Below are positions 28,929 to 44,439 of a stretch of 64,000 nt of DNA, piece by piece; the stretch's first letter is position 1; each line of letters starts with the position of its first letter. Origin of the DNA: the human T2T-CHM13v2.0 reference genome, Homo sapiens. The stretch is taken from assembly GCF_009914755.1 (NCBI RefSeq), contig NC_060935.1; one strand, 5' to 3'. The position numbers and the translations under genes are program-made. The notes under the pieces are model-generated. The model ran no database searches, had not been told where the DNA came from, and worked only from the letters and a program-made list of their open reading frames with translations.

Positions 28929-31889
28929 AATCTATTAACAAAATGCTAGGGTTAAGTCTAGGTGCCATTGCTCACTGCACAGAAAGCCAGTCACTGAGAG
29001 AATGAGTATTGTTGGGCAAGAAGGCTTTCATCGGGTGCTGCAGCCAAGGAGACAGGAGATCGATGTCAAATCCATCCCTTCAGCTGGCTAAAATTAGGGG
29101 TTTATATAGCAGAAAACAAATGTAACTGCATGTGGGAAAGCAAAAATTAGGGAGAGTTAAAGAAGAGGAGTTGTTCAACAGGAAGCTGGTGGTCAGTTAC
29201 ACAATCACAAAGGGTGAGGGGTCTGGCATCTCATTGTCCAGATGCAATGATTTGGTAAATTTCAGTTCCTTGATATTATCTGGGAGGCCTGATCGTTACT
29301 TTTCTGAGAAAAAACTCAGATAAGAGAAATACGTCTTTCTCAAATTTTAAGTCTGCGAAGGTCATTTCTCTGTTTATTTAAGAGAAACCATAACATCAGT
29401 TTTATGAGACAATTGGGCTGGTTTCTATTTTAGTATTCGCATCTGGCAGTTTTGTAGTTTTGTTTTGTTATTTTTTTAGTCTTACCATGTTAGTTGAATA
29501 TTTCCATGTTTCTATCAGATTTGTTAAGGTTTATCACCTACTTTAAAGAGAAAAAACAGCACCAATTTGCCAAAAGACACAATGCTCTAAGGCTACGTGA
29601 GTCAAATTCTGTCTTCTTGTTATTGGTTCTAGCTCACATTTAAGTTGTTCTTTTCTGCTGTGCTTATTAGTATGCAGCTGCTTATTAGTCTTTACTTGAA
29701 AAAGTATATTTCATCAGTTGGAATAAGCTCAAATTAAATTCCAGGTTTGACAGTCATTGGCTTGCCTAATTCATGTGTAATTACGTAACCAATCCATGTG
29801 AAGGTTAAGAAGGGCTTTTTTTTCCATTTTGCTTCTCTTTTCTATCTCCACTTGTATACAGTCACAGCAGTAGTTTCACATGGTTGGAGGTAGAATGTGG
29901 AAAACAAGTTTAAAACTGGTTTATCATTATCTAAAAATGTGCAACATCTGAAAGTCAGAAAAAAACTTCCAGAAAAGCACCTGCATTGGTTGGGTACTAT
30001 GTTATCTTTGCTCTCTAGCCTTCAAGTGTTTGTTTATTGATAGAGATATTATGAATGAAAGTGGCTTTACTGTTTATTACTCCACCTACCTCTCTGGTTA
30101 GACTCTGACCTGAAGCTTAGCCTGAAAGTTTCTTCTCTTTTTGGATCTTCAATATGTGTTTGTCAATCCAATATTTTTTTTTCTTTTTAGCAGAAAGTTT
30201 GGTTTACAAACTAGCTGTCCACTAAAGTGAACTAGAAATGTTTCAACCAAAACTCTTTAGAGACAAAGACAATTTGCTAGAAGACTCAATGCTCATCAAT
30301 ACCCATCAACTATATGAAGTAGTCCTCCCTTAGGGGATGACAGAGTCTTTTAATAATGTATGTCTAAGAAAACATCTTTATTCATCATACAAGCTATTTT
30401 TAACATAGAAAAATATAATGCAAGAAACAGTTATGCCACTGGGTTTTCTATCTTCTAAACAATTCTAATTTTATAAAATCTGATGACTTTGAAAGCATGT
30501 GCCCCCAATCATTTCTTTTCAGCTTTGAAATGCTCTCTTTTTATTCACATTCCATGATGATAACTCAATATTCAGTTTAAAGTATAATTTGCTAATAAGT
30601 ACTAAAGTCAAGCCCACAATTGTTAGTAAGCTTTATTACTGAGGATGTTTTAAATGAAGTCAGAAGGGAAACAAATTAATGAATCTAATTGTTCTCCACT
30701 CCAGGCAGTAATGTTCAGAGGTTCACAAATCCAGCAAGATTTTCACAGATAGACTAAAAAAAAGGGACTTTTAAAACAGTCCCAAGTATGTTGCTTCTTG
30801 ACATCTGAAGAACCCAGGGGACAATTTCAATTGCTAGAAGACCCTCTCATATTTCATTATCTAATAGAGTCTTAGTTTTCTTTTCTGTCAAGAGACTGAT
30901 TTCATGCTTACAATTTTACAGCTTAAAATCCTTGCTAATGCCCATACTCATTTATTATAAAGTTTATTAAGATTAAGACACACATCCTCAAATCTTTTCT
31001 AATTTAGTTTTTATTAATTAACAACAAGATTAACCACAGGGCATATGAGAAGATGAATAGTATGCTACATTGCAGTATGTTCATTGCATAACCAAAAAGA
31101 CCAGTTGAATTTGCTGATTTCAAAATGACCATGAGTTGAGTAGTGCCACTCCATAATACATCAGATAATAAATGTAAAACAAAAATTATAAACCTTCATT
31201 TTAGAATAAAGAAAATACTAATGCACTTCCTGCAATTTCTTTAAATGCCTGTTTGGCTACATCTAACATATATTAATTATGTAATATATAATTTATGAAT
31301 GGTAAAATATTCTAATATTCTTAAAAGGAGAATCCAATACCGTATTGATTATAATATTATGTGTGTAATAAAGTACACAAGGGAAATGCAAAGTACATGA
31401 TAAAAATAAAAGCATATAGATATAGAAATAGAGTTATGGGTACTATGCATAAATATTACAAAAGTTAGACATTAAATTTATTATAGGTCACAGAGATTTT
31501 AGTATGCAACAGATAATTTCATTTTTAAATGAATATTTTCTATATTTTTCAATTATTTTAGTATTTTTTATTTTTCAAATAAATTTTATAATTATTAAAT
31601 ATGTTATTATTAAACTAACCAACTAATTTTAAAAGCTTGTCTTGAAGCATGAATAGAGTTATTTTTTCTTAAACCATGGTCATTGAAGTTTTGAATTACC
31701 TATTTTATTCATGGTAATTACTTGTAATTTCTTAACACTTATTAAAATCTGCATTATTTTATGCACAACTGTAGATTTAGAATGAAAAAAGGAAGGAAAA
31801 ATATAGATTCTTATGTCAACCTAATAACAGCTCTAAATTTCTATATGCATTTAAAGTTGTATAGTAAACCTAGACTATTCACTGATTTA

Positions 31890-32070
31890 TTTATTATTTT
31901 ATTCATTTAACAACCATTATTGAGATTCTTAATGTGGGAACAACTAAATAAGGAGTGGGGACAAAATGTGAATAAGACACAATCCTAGCCTCCAATTCAG
32001 AAGTAGAAGTAATATAACAAGGGCAATCTGAAGTAAAAAGTTGGAGAGATTGGAATAGGGTATCATGAGA
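31890..32070 (-). mobile_element. L2 3'-end fragment (probably continues after 33745)
   Basis: ATTCATTTAACAACCATTATTGAG...GGGGACAAAATGTGAATAAGACACAATCCTAGCCTC. Confidence 0.55.
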
Positions 32071-32094
32071 ATTCTTAATTTAGAGAATTAAGAA

Positions 32095-33744
<1,650 letters not shown>

Positions 33745-34071
33745 TATTTTCAAACATGAAGTGGAGTTAGGGCTTTTAGAAGATAATTGGAACATAATAA
33801 TGGGCTAATGTACATAAAATCTGAGTCATAATAATGGATAGTGAAAGATGAGAAAAACAGAGAGCGAGAAAGAGGGAGATATTTAGAGAGGGTTGTATAA
33901 CAGCAGAGAGCCAATCAATGGAAGAAAATTACCATATCTAGGTGGAAAGCTACTTCTTCAAGAGAAGCAGAGAAGATTAAGGAGTTTCCTTAAATATTTG
34001 TAGATATAAAGAAATCTAATCTGAATATGGAAATAAGAGTATGAATGACTTGTTGAAATTAATTTCCTGAC

Positions 34072-34113
34072 ATCTATGGCCATACCACACTCAACAGGCC
34101 CAATCTCGCCTGA
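34072..34113 (+). pseudogene. 5S rRNA pseudogene fragment (nt 1-42), tailless, with TSD
   Basis: ATCTATGGCCATACCACACTCAACAGGCCCAATCTCGCCTGA matches 34/42 to 5S GTCTACGGCCATACCACCCTGAACGCGCCCGATCTCGTCTGA; flanked by GAAATTAATT(T/C)CCTGAC. Confidence 0.9.
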
Positions 34114-34515
34114 AATTAATTCCCTGACTAGGGTGATATGAAAGTGGAAAAGAAAATGAGACAGGAATCCAGCAACAAAGACACAAAACAACCAAACAAA
34201 ACAAAACTGCACTAAAATGGAATATGGAATAATCTCATTTATGAATTTATTTAAAATTATATAGGTATACATATTTAAATTTTTTTTACCTTCTAGGGAG
34301 TAAAAGTCTAGATGAAAGATACTAAGAAATATTTAATGTAAAATCAAAAAGCTGAAAAAATTAAAGGAAATCAAATATTTATGCTAAATATTTTATAGTA
34401 TCTTTTATCTGGAAGCTTATTTCCTGAAACACAATCAACTTGGGGTAATAATTTGGCAATCTGTAGATATGACATAATTTGTGTGTATATCTATGTTTCT
34501 TCAAAAGTATTTATT

Positions 34516-34810
34516 GGCCGAGCGTGGTGGCTTATGCCTGTAATCCTAGCACTTTGGGAGGCTGAAGCTGGCAGATCACTTGAGGTCATGTGTTCAAAAC
34601 CAGGCTGGCCAACATGGTGAAAACCCCATCTCTACTAAAAATACAAAAATTAACCAGCTGTGGTGGCACACGACTATAATCTCAGCTACTCAGGATGCTG
34701 AGGCAGGAGAATCACTTAAACCCAGGAGGCAGAGGTTGTAGTGAGCTGAGATTACGCTCCAGCCTCAGTGACAGAGCAAGCCTCCATCTCAAAAAACAAA
34801 CAAAAAAAAA
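34516..34810 (+). mobile_element. AluS (Sx/Sz-like)
   Basis: Dimeric Alu with A tail. Confidence 0.93.
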
Positions 34811-36809
34811 TTAACATCATTAATTTTACTATTTTAGCTGTTAGTACTGAGAATAAAAATAAAGTTTAATTCTCAAATAAAGTCTGTATTTTCAAATATA
34901 ATTTCACCTTGTTTTAAGAATCTCAAAGTTTTTTTTCTTATTCTCACTCATACATTCCTTTAATCACTGTATAATTATTTATTAAATAGCCACCAAGTTC
35001 AATGCTAGGGTTATAGAGGTGAAAAGCTATTTTTTTACAAGATTTAAATAGATATAAAAGCCAAATGAATTAGTATCATTCGTCTTAGTTTGGTTACAAC
35101 AGAGATAAACCTAAGTTTTTAACTACTCAAGGAATGAAAGGCTTCCTTTCCATTAAGACAAAATAAAAAGGGGCCAAATTCTGTAACAGTCATTGTATAT
35201 CAATATGACTTAAATTTTTTGTTGTTGCATACAGACAGTTTTAATTGACATGGCCTGTGTAGACAAGCATTTAATATGGAAGTTCTGGAACAACAGATGT
35301 GTGTCTAATTGCTTCCATAAAATGAAATGTTTTTATTTTGCTTCTGCCACTGAAGAGCACAGGAGATATCCTTCAGCAAAGGGCACCAGCTAAAAAACAA
35401 TAAAAGAAGCTTTAAGCATTTATCTATGATTGGTGGTTGTTTTCTACCCTTAGACTTCATAAAGTCCACATTTATTACAGCAAAATATAAAAAGAAAGTT
35501 CAGCTATCATATGTGCATGTGAAAAATACATTTACAAATAAGTGGACAAAAAGTTGGTGTTGGAGACAGATATGTCTTGCTCTTTGGTATTTTTTTCTAT
35601 TTCCTTTTTCAAATAATAAAGTATTTTTTTCTGATTCAGTAAGGGGAAAACTGCAGTGCTTCTTCATTAAGAAAGCTGCTCTCATTTACTCATTCAATCA
35701 ACATTTTATTCAGCAAGTTCCTGGCTAACTGCAATCTAATAAGAAAGATACCTCTATAATACAATTAGTAAGGGAGATAGAATAAATATTTGTTTCTTTT
35801 CTCAGAGGTAATCCCTTATGACTCTTTTCTCCAATTGGTAACAAAATAAGTATTGCCTGTTATGTCATAGGGTCATATTGGCTGATGTTAACTTTGTCTT
35901 TGCAGGTGTGGTCACATTTATTACTTTTTAAGGACTGAAATTGAAGAGTCCAGGAAATTGTTAAATGTATGGTAGGCTCCAGCTCACCATCAGTGCTCAA
36001 CTTCAAATGCAGCTCAACTCTTATGATTTATATATCTAGTAAGAAACTAGAAAAAAAGAAAACAAAGGTGGCATTTTCTCCACGAAAGACACAGACTTTG
36101 CCTAAGGTCTAAGACATAGAGGACTCCTCTATACTTGGACAGTGTCAGTTTATGGGTCATATTCTTATAAATCTACCCCATAAAGGTAGAATCTATGCAT
36201 ATTAACTTCACCTTCCTGTAACTTATCATAGAAATGTTTATTTATATTAAACATTCTATAAACGTTTACTAAGTGATGAATTAATCCCTTTTAAAAATAT
36301 TCAGGGTAATATACTGTGATCACCATGCTTATTTTAGACATGCCTTCCGTTTTTGCTCAGTCATTTCTTTTGGTACTGCAACTCATGAGGATCTATCTGC
36401 TTGTTTCCCATACAGTGAGACTATATAAATAGGGCCCTGTTTCCATCTATCCTGGACAACACATAGAACAGGCAAAGATGTCAAGAACTGACTCCCACTA
36501 CATTCAGAGAAGTTCAGTGTTGGGTTTGATGGTTTTTAAAATGTTGGAAGATCACTAAACCTAGTGTTATTCAAAGTGACGTCTGCAGAACTATACTGAT
36601 CTATGAATTGTTTGAAGTCTATGCACAAGAAAAGTACAGAAAATGAGAGTAACTCTTACATTGACATGTATGCTTATTTTGAGGGTGACTTTACACAGAG
36701 AGGAAAGATCTCTTTTCTTCTAAGATTGCAGTTATTAAGGAACCAGGCACCAGGAGTTATGTTGCTGCTATGTGGAAACAATATGTGTGACACGTAGGCA
36801 ACTCAGATG

Positions 36810-36980
36810 AAAGCAGAAGAGGGATGAAAGGAGGGAGGGAGGAGAGAGAGAGAGAAAGAAAGAGAGGAGAAGAGAGAGGGGGAGGGGGAGAGAAAAGAGA
36901 GAGGAAAGGAGGGAGGGAGAGACTGAAAGAGAGAGAAGAAAGGAGGAAAGGAGGGAGGGAAAGGAAGAGTGAGGGAGAAA
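36810..36980 (+). repeat. Polypurine (GA/GGA) low-complexity tract
   Basis: Almost exclusively G/A. Confidence 0.9.
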
Positions 36981-39900
36981 CTGACTTATTTATATCTGAA
37001 TTTAATTATATAATCTGAACCTCTGGACTTACCTACTGCTTTCTAAATGTCTGAGAATTCTAGATGTTTACTCAATCCAACATAGAAACAAAGTTACTTA
37101 TGAGTCTACTTCTTGAGGTATCTAATAGTCTCACCACCCCTATTTGATTATTTCCTTAGTAGCATTTTCTTAACTTTCAACTAAGTGGGCCAAATCTACC
37201 TTTTGAGCCTCATTTTCATTCAGTTTAAACTTTTGGAATTTATTGTTGCCCCATGAATAACCCTTATATTTTAAGGCCTTATATTTTCCCCCCATGGTCT
37301 GTTTTTTTGGTTTTGTTTTCCTGCCTGTCCTTTTTTTTTCCTGACATTTCCCTTTCCTACTATATGTTGCATCACCTTATCTACCTAAAATGTGAGAAAA
37401 CTATAGCCCTGCTATGTAAACATATGCTAGCATGGCTAATACATGATAAGGTGGAGTCATCCTGGACTCATTTCTATTCTTCATCCTGCCTTGTCATCAC
37501 TCACCAAGCCCTGTCAAGTTTATCTCCTAAATATTTCTTGAAAGTATCCATGTCTCTTCCCCCACTTTCACTACTTCTCTTCCTCATCCTTCTCAGTTTC
37601 TAAGTTTAGCTCTTAGAAGCCCCAAGTTCAGCTCTTATGTTGCCCCAAACTTTTCTCCCTGCTGTCAGGTTTGTAGCCATCCATCTTCCCTCTGTGTAAT
37701 GGCATTCCAAAGCCTTTCACTGGACAGCTGCGATTATTGTGACAAATTGTATCCTCAGCCCTTGGTACAGTCGGAGAGAGCCCTGAGATGGGATGGGGGA
37801 AAGGGATGAGCAAGCAGCCTTTTCTTTTTTTCTCAGGGTGTTATTTGAATTTTATTACTTTCAATGTGTACCATGATGGAAACATTTGGAAGAACTGCAA
37901 GAGTCACTGCAGGTTGTTACAAATGGACATTACATGGTAGGATTTGTGTGTGCAAATAAGAGCTTCTGTGATAAGATTTGTGTGTAAAAAATTCAAATTT
38001 TTAAATGTGATGTATAAGAGCTTACTTCTACAGTCTCATTTCTCACACTTCTTAACTTAGAATTTAATTTTGTATAAGTAACTTTTGTAATTCCCAATGT
38101 TTATATGTTGTCTCCTTACTCACTTTGTACCTTCTGTATGCAGTACTCTTCCTCATGTTCTTATAACATATTCGATCTAAGGGTCAGCTTTTTTAGCAAA
38201 CTTGTTTTTCCTCTTTTCTCCCCCCAGTTAGATTAGGCAGACCTTCATTTTATTTCCATAGCACTGTGAGCATCTCTGTAATTTTGTCTTTTCATATTGT
38301 TTTAAAAGTTTCTTTGGGGAGTATTTTTTTGGTTTCTGATCTATGTAAATGTTTCAATAAACATTTATTAAAAGAATGACTGGTAAGTATATTCATATGT
38401 TTACTAAATAGCATTCTAAGGAGTATAAACTTCAGAGTTTCAATATCACAGACATATAATCTCAGATAAATTAAGTTGAAAATGGGGGAGGTGATTCCTG
38501 CTCCAAAATGTCCAACTAGTTGCAGCCAGGAGGAACATCTCCCACCAATGAACCAGGGCAACAGGAAGACTAGTGCGCTTTTAGCAGATCTTCAGAAGGA
38601 AGGAATTGAAAGTGGATGGAGGAAACATACAGAGGCTGGGCTGAAGTGGGAGGAAGCTGGGAACACTTCACAGGGCTACCACACATCAGGATTTATTCCT
38701 GGCCCCCAACAGTTCCTGTGGAGGGGGTGAGTTGAACAGGCAAGGAGCAAGCCACTCTCACCACAGGCCTCTGGAATCCCCTTGAGGTGATCACTCAATC
38801 ATCAAGGAAACTTGAGTTGGCAGGGACAGTTGCTTAGAGAAGTCATAGGGGCAAAGCTCCAACCAGAGTGGAGCATAGATAATTTGGTGCAGAAGCATCT
38901 ATAGTCGAGTATGGCCAGGGTCACTCATCCCCCTAGGCTCAACTTGCTTCTGTAGGAGACTTTAGCCCCAGCAGAACTGTCAGACCTGAACTCTTCAGGG
39001 TAGTCTAGCTCATGAGACAGGGAAAGACCCCTCAAGCAGCCTCTGATCTTCTGGCCTCTCTCGGGCTCCCAACCTGGCCATGCCTGCTTTCAGTACAGCC
39101 CCCTGGTATCTCCTGGGGGCCCAAATCATAGCTCCTGTGCTGACGGACCACCTGACCAGTAGAGTGGTCCAGCAGAGTGGCCCCCATGGACACTCACCAG
39201 CTCACTCATGCCCTACCTCAACTGCAGTCTCCTCCATGCTGCTTTGTTTGAAGGTACTCACCCACAGCCACCTCCTACATCACTTTGCCGGCATGTGTGT
39301 GCAGCAGGAGACCTGGCCTTCCCTTCTCCACCAGTATGTGTGTGCGCATACATCCTTCCATGTCACTGCTGCCTATCTGAGTGCATCACAGCCCCTCTTC
39401 CCACTGTACCTCCAATGTTGCCCAAGCATTGGCAGCAGGGAGCCTGTCAGTCCCACCCCAACCAGCACACTGACCCTGAACTGGGGCCATCTGCACAAAA
39501 CTAGGCACAGAAAACCGTGGACCTGTCCCTAGTCCTGAACAACCACTATCGCCAAGTTGAACACACACAGAGGGTGCATGCAGTCCTGTACCAGCCAGCA
39601 CCCTAACCCCATGCTAAACCACCACTGGTATAAACACATGCACAGTTGCCAGCAGGGGCCTCTGGTACCCATAAGATATCCTGCTCCCACTGCTGGTGTG
39701 AACATCTGCAAGGAGGCTGACACCCTGTCACCTGCTAGCACCCTGCTGCAGCTGCTGAGCATGCACTCCACCACACTGCCACTGCTGCCGCTCCTGGAAC
39801 ATGCAAACAAGAACAGATCCCACTACAACCATCCTATGAAGTGCTTTGGCTGGTAACAACTATCAGAGTGTTTTGACCAGAAGTCCGAGAGCACCTCAGC

Positions 39901-41057
39901 CCCAACAGTGCAGCACAATCCAAAACTTGAGGAGCCAGAGATCAAAGCTGGAGCCCAATACCAGTCCCCCAGAGTTAGAGCACATAATCCAGGAGTCCTG
40001 AGCTGAGCCTTGCCTGCCTGAAATCTTCCAGTAATGAAGCCAGTTGACTGAACTTACCTTATAATGCAATCAACCCCCCAAGGTCATCAACTAGGATAAA
40101 GGAAAAAAAAAAAAATCCAAAGGTCAATAACTTCAAATATTCAAGGAACATCAGGCCACAAAGATGAGAAAGAAACACTGCAAGAATTCTGACAACTCAA
40201 AAAGCCAGTGTCTTCTTTTCTGCAAATGACTGCACTAGTTTTTCAACAAGGATTCTTAACCCAGTTGAGGTGGCTGAAATGACAGAAATAGAATTAAGAC
40301 GATGGATAGCAATGAAAATTATTGAAAGTCAAGAGAGCATTAAAACCCAACCTAAGGAAGCTAAGACTCATAATAGAACAGTACAGGAGATGACAGACAC
40401 AATAGTCAGTATAGAAAACAATGTAACCAACAGGATAGAGCAGAAAAATATTACACAAGAATTTCATAATGCAATCACAAGTATTAAGAGCAGAATACAC
40501 CAAGCTAAGGAAAGAGCTTAAAGACTGGCTTTCTGAAATAAGACAGTCAGAGAAATGTAGAGAAAGAAGAATAAAAAGGAACAAACAAAACCTCCAAGAA
40601 ATATGGGATTCTGTGAAGAACCAAATCTATGACTCATTGGCATCCTTGCTAAAAATGGGGAGAATGGAAATAACTTGGAAAACACATATCAGGATATCTT
40701 CCATGAGAACTCCCCAACCTAGGTAGCAAAACCAACATTCAAATTCAGAAATTCAGGGAACACCTGCAAAATACTTCACAAAAATGTCAAAAAGATTATC
40801 TCCAAGACACGTTATCATCAGATTCTCCAAGTTAAGAAAAAAAGAAAAAAGAAGTCAAAGACAGCTAGAGAGAAAGGACAGGTCACCTATGAAGGCAAGC
40901 CCATCAGACTAACAGCAGACCTCTCAGGACAAAGTCTACAAGCCAGGAGAGATTGGAGGCCTATAATCAACATTCTTAAAGAAAAGAAGGCTCAACCAAA
41001 AATTTAATATCTGGCCAAACTAATATTCATAAGCAAAGGAGAAATAAAATTATTTTC

Positions 41058-42181
41058 TTTTTTTGAGGAGGGGGTGCATATTATTTTAATCACCAAAGTA
41101 AAATTTAATGAGAAAATTTCAAACAAAAATTCAGGCAGAGTAATATAGTGAACCCACACATATACATCATTGGCTTCAAAAATAATGATCTCATGGCCAA
41201 TCTTGTTTTATCTATATTGCCACACACTGCTCATGACTGAGTTATTTTGAAGCAAATCCCATACATCACATAATGTCAACCATAAATAATTCAATATTTT
41301 TCTGTAAAAGATAAGAAATCTTTAAAAACAGGCATATGATCATTGTCAGTTAAAATATCAACAATTTATTACCATCATATATCCAATATTCAAATTTCCA
41401 ATAGTTTCAAAAATGTCATAATTTTTAAACAGCTTTATTGAGATATAATTCACATATAATTAACCCACTTAAAGTGTACAATTTAATAGCTTTTGGCATA
41501 TTCATGGAGTTGTGCAACCCTTACCATAATCAATTTTAAAACATTTCTATCACCTCCAAAAGAAACCACTTACCTATTTGCAGTCATCCTTCCCTAATTA
41601 TGCCATCCTTCTAGCCCTAGACAACTAACAATCTACTTTCTGTCTCTATAGACCTACTCATTCTGGGCATTTCACATAAATGGAATCATACAACATATTA
41701 TCCTTTATGACTGACTTCTTTCACTCAATATAGTATTTTTAAGGTTAATTTATGTTGTAGCATAGATCAGTATTGTACATCATTTATTTTTTATTATTAT
41801 TATACTTTAAGTTCTGGGGTACATGTGCAGAACATGCAGTTTTGTTACATAGGTATACACGTGCCATGGTGGTTTGCTGCACCCATCAACCCATCACCTA
41901 CATTAGGTATTTCTCTTAATGCTATCCCTCCCCAGACCCCCACCCCCCAACATGCCCTGGTATGTGATATTCCCCTCCCTGTGTCCATGTGTTCTCATTG
42001 TTCAGCTCCCACTTATGAGTGAGAACGTGCAGTGTTTGGTCTTCTGTTCTTGTGTTAGTTTGCTGAGAACAATGGTTTCCAGCTTCATCCATGTCCCTGC
42101 AAAGGACATAAACTCATCCATTATTATGGCTGCATAGTATTCCATGGTGTATATGTGCCACATTTTCTTTATACAGTCTAT
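41058..42181 (-). mobile_element. L1PA7-like 3' end (41783-42181) with ~720 bp 3'-transduced flank (41058-41782)
   Basis: Host ORF1 breaks at AAATTATTTTC and resumes GGACAAGCAAATGCTGAG; insert has a terminal T7 tail, minus-strand ATTAAA at 41085-41090, old L1M sequence, then a second tail and an L1PA7-type 3'UTR. Confidence 0.8.
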
Positions 42182-44439
42182 GGACAAGCAAATGCTGAGG
42201 AAATTTATTACCACCAGACCTGCCATACTACAGCCTCTGATAGAAACTCTAAACGAGAAGGAATGACTATTAACCAGCCACCACAAAAATACACTTAAGA
42301 ACACCAAACAGTAACATGAAAAAGCCACAACACAAACAAGTCGGAATAATAAAAAGCTAAAATGATGACAGGGTCAAATCCACACATATTGATACTAATT
42401 ATGAATGTAAATGAGATAAATATGCCAACTAAAAGGCATAGAGTGGCAAGCTGGATAAAGAAGCAAGACCCAATGGTATGCTTTCTTCAAGAAACTCATC
42501 TCACATGCAATGACACCTAGAGGCACAAAATGAAGGAATGGGGAAAAATCTACCAAGGAAATGGAAAATAGAAAAAAGCAGAGGTTACAATCTTAATTTC
42601 AGACAAAACAGACTTTACACCAACAAATATTTAAAAAGACAAAGAGCATTACATGATGGTAATGGTGTCAATTCAACAAGAAGACCTAGCTATCCTAAAT
42701 ATATATTCACTCACCCAACACAGGAGCACCTAGATTCATAAAGCAAGTTCTTAGATACCTTCAAAGAAACTTAGACTCCATGAAATAATAGTTGGAGACT
42801 TCAACACATCACTGACATTATTAGACAGATCACTGAAGCAGAAAATTAATAAAGATATTAAGGACCTGAACTCAACACTGGACTGAATGGATCTGATAGA
42901 TATCTACAGAACTCCCCATCCAGAACCAACAGAATATACATTCTTCTCATCTACATGTGGCACATATTTTAAGTATGGTCACGCAATTTGACATAAAGCA
43001 ATAAGCAAATGAAAACAAAATTATACCAAAAACTCTCTCAGAACACAGCACAATAAAAATAGAATTCAAGACTGAGAAAATTGCTCAAAACCATACAAAT
43101 AAAAACAAATTAGACAACCTACTCCTGAATGACTTTTAGGTAAATAATGAGAAGGCAAAAATCCATTCATAGTTTGAAATTGATGAGAACAAAGACGCAG
43201 CATACCAGCATCTCTGTGACACATGTAAGGCAGTAGTAAGAGGGAAGACAGTAACACTAAATGTCCACATCAAAAAGTTAAAAGAGCTTAAATTAATGAC
43301 CTACTCTCACACCTAAAGGCCTAGGTAAGCAAGAGCAAACTAACCCCAAAGCTAGCAGAAGACAAGAAATAACCCAAATCAGAGCTGAACTGAGGGAGAT
43401 TGAGACATGAAAACCCATTTAAGTGATCAACAAAGCCAGGAGATGTTTTATGAAAAAAATGAAGGCTAGATGTACTACTGGTTAGAATAGTAAAGAACAA
43501 AAGAGAACAGATCCAAATAAACACAATCAGAAATGATGAAGGGGATCTTACCACTGACCTCACAGAAATACAAATAAACATCAGAAACTATTATGAACAT
43601 CTCTATGAACACAAACCTGGAAATCTAGAAGAATTGAATAAATTCCAGGACACATACCTCTTTCATAGACTGAAGGAGGAAGACACTAAATCCCTGAGCT
43701 GACCAATAAGGAGCTCCAAAATTAAATCAGTAATATATAGCCTAACAATGGAAAAAAAAAAAAAAAAGCCCTGGACCAGATGGATTCACAGCCAAATTCC
43801 ATCAGATATACAAAGAAGGCTTGGTACCCTTCCTACTGAAATTATTTTAAATAATTGAGGAGGAAGGACTCCTCCCCACTTAATGACATGAGGCCAGTAT
43901 CATCCTGATACCAAAACCTGGCAGAGACACAGCAAAAATGGAAAACTTTAAGCCAATACACTCGTGGAATGTTGACATAAAAATCCTAAACAAAATACCA
44001 GCAAACTTAATCCAGCTGTACATCAAAAAGCTAATCCACCACAATCAAGTAGGCATTATCCCTAGTGTGAAAGATTGGTTCAACATAGAAAAATCAATAA
44101 CTGTGATTCATCACTTAAACAGAACTAAACACAAAAAACACATGATCATCTCACTCAATGTGGAAAATAATTTCTATAAATTCAACATCTCTTCATGTTA
44201 AAAACTCTCAACAAATTAGGTAAAATAAAGAATCATACCTCGAAATAATAAGAGCCATCTATGACAAGCCCACAGCCAGCATTTTACTGAGTGGACAAAA
44301 GCTGGAATAATTCCCCTTGAAAATAGGAGTAGTGAGACAGGACATCTTTGTCTGGAAACAAGACAAAGATGCCCTCTATCACTACTACTATTCAACATAG
44401 TACTGGAAGTACTGGCCAGAGCAACCAGGCAAGAGCATC

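Noticed and set aside
36824-37018. Arg/Glu/Gly-rich ORF
   Set aside because: Translation of a polypurine low-complexity tract.
39080-39856. Cluster of overlapping ORFs in GC-richer sequence
   Set aside because: Lies within the 5'UTR of the old L1; no recognisable protein.
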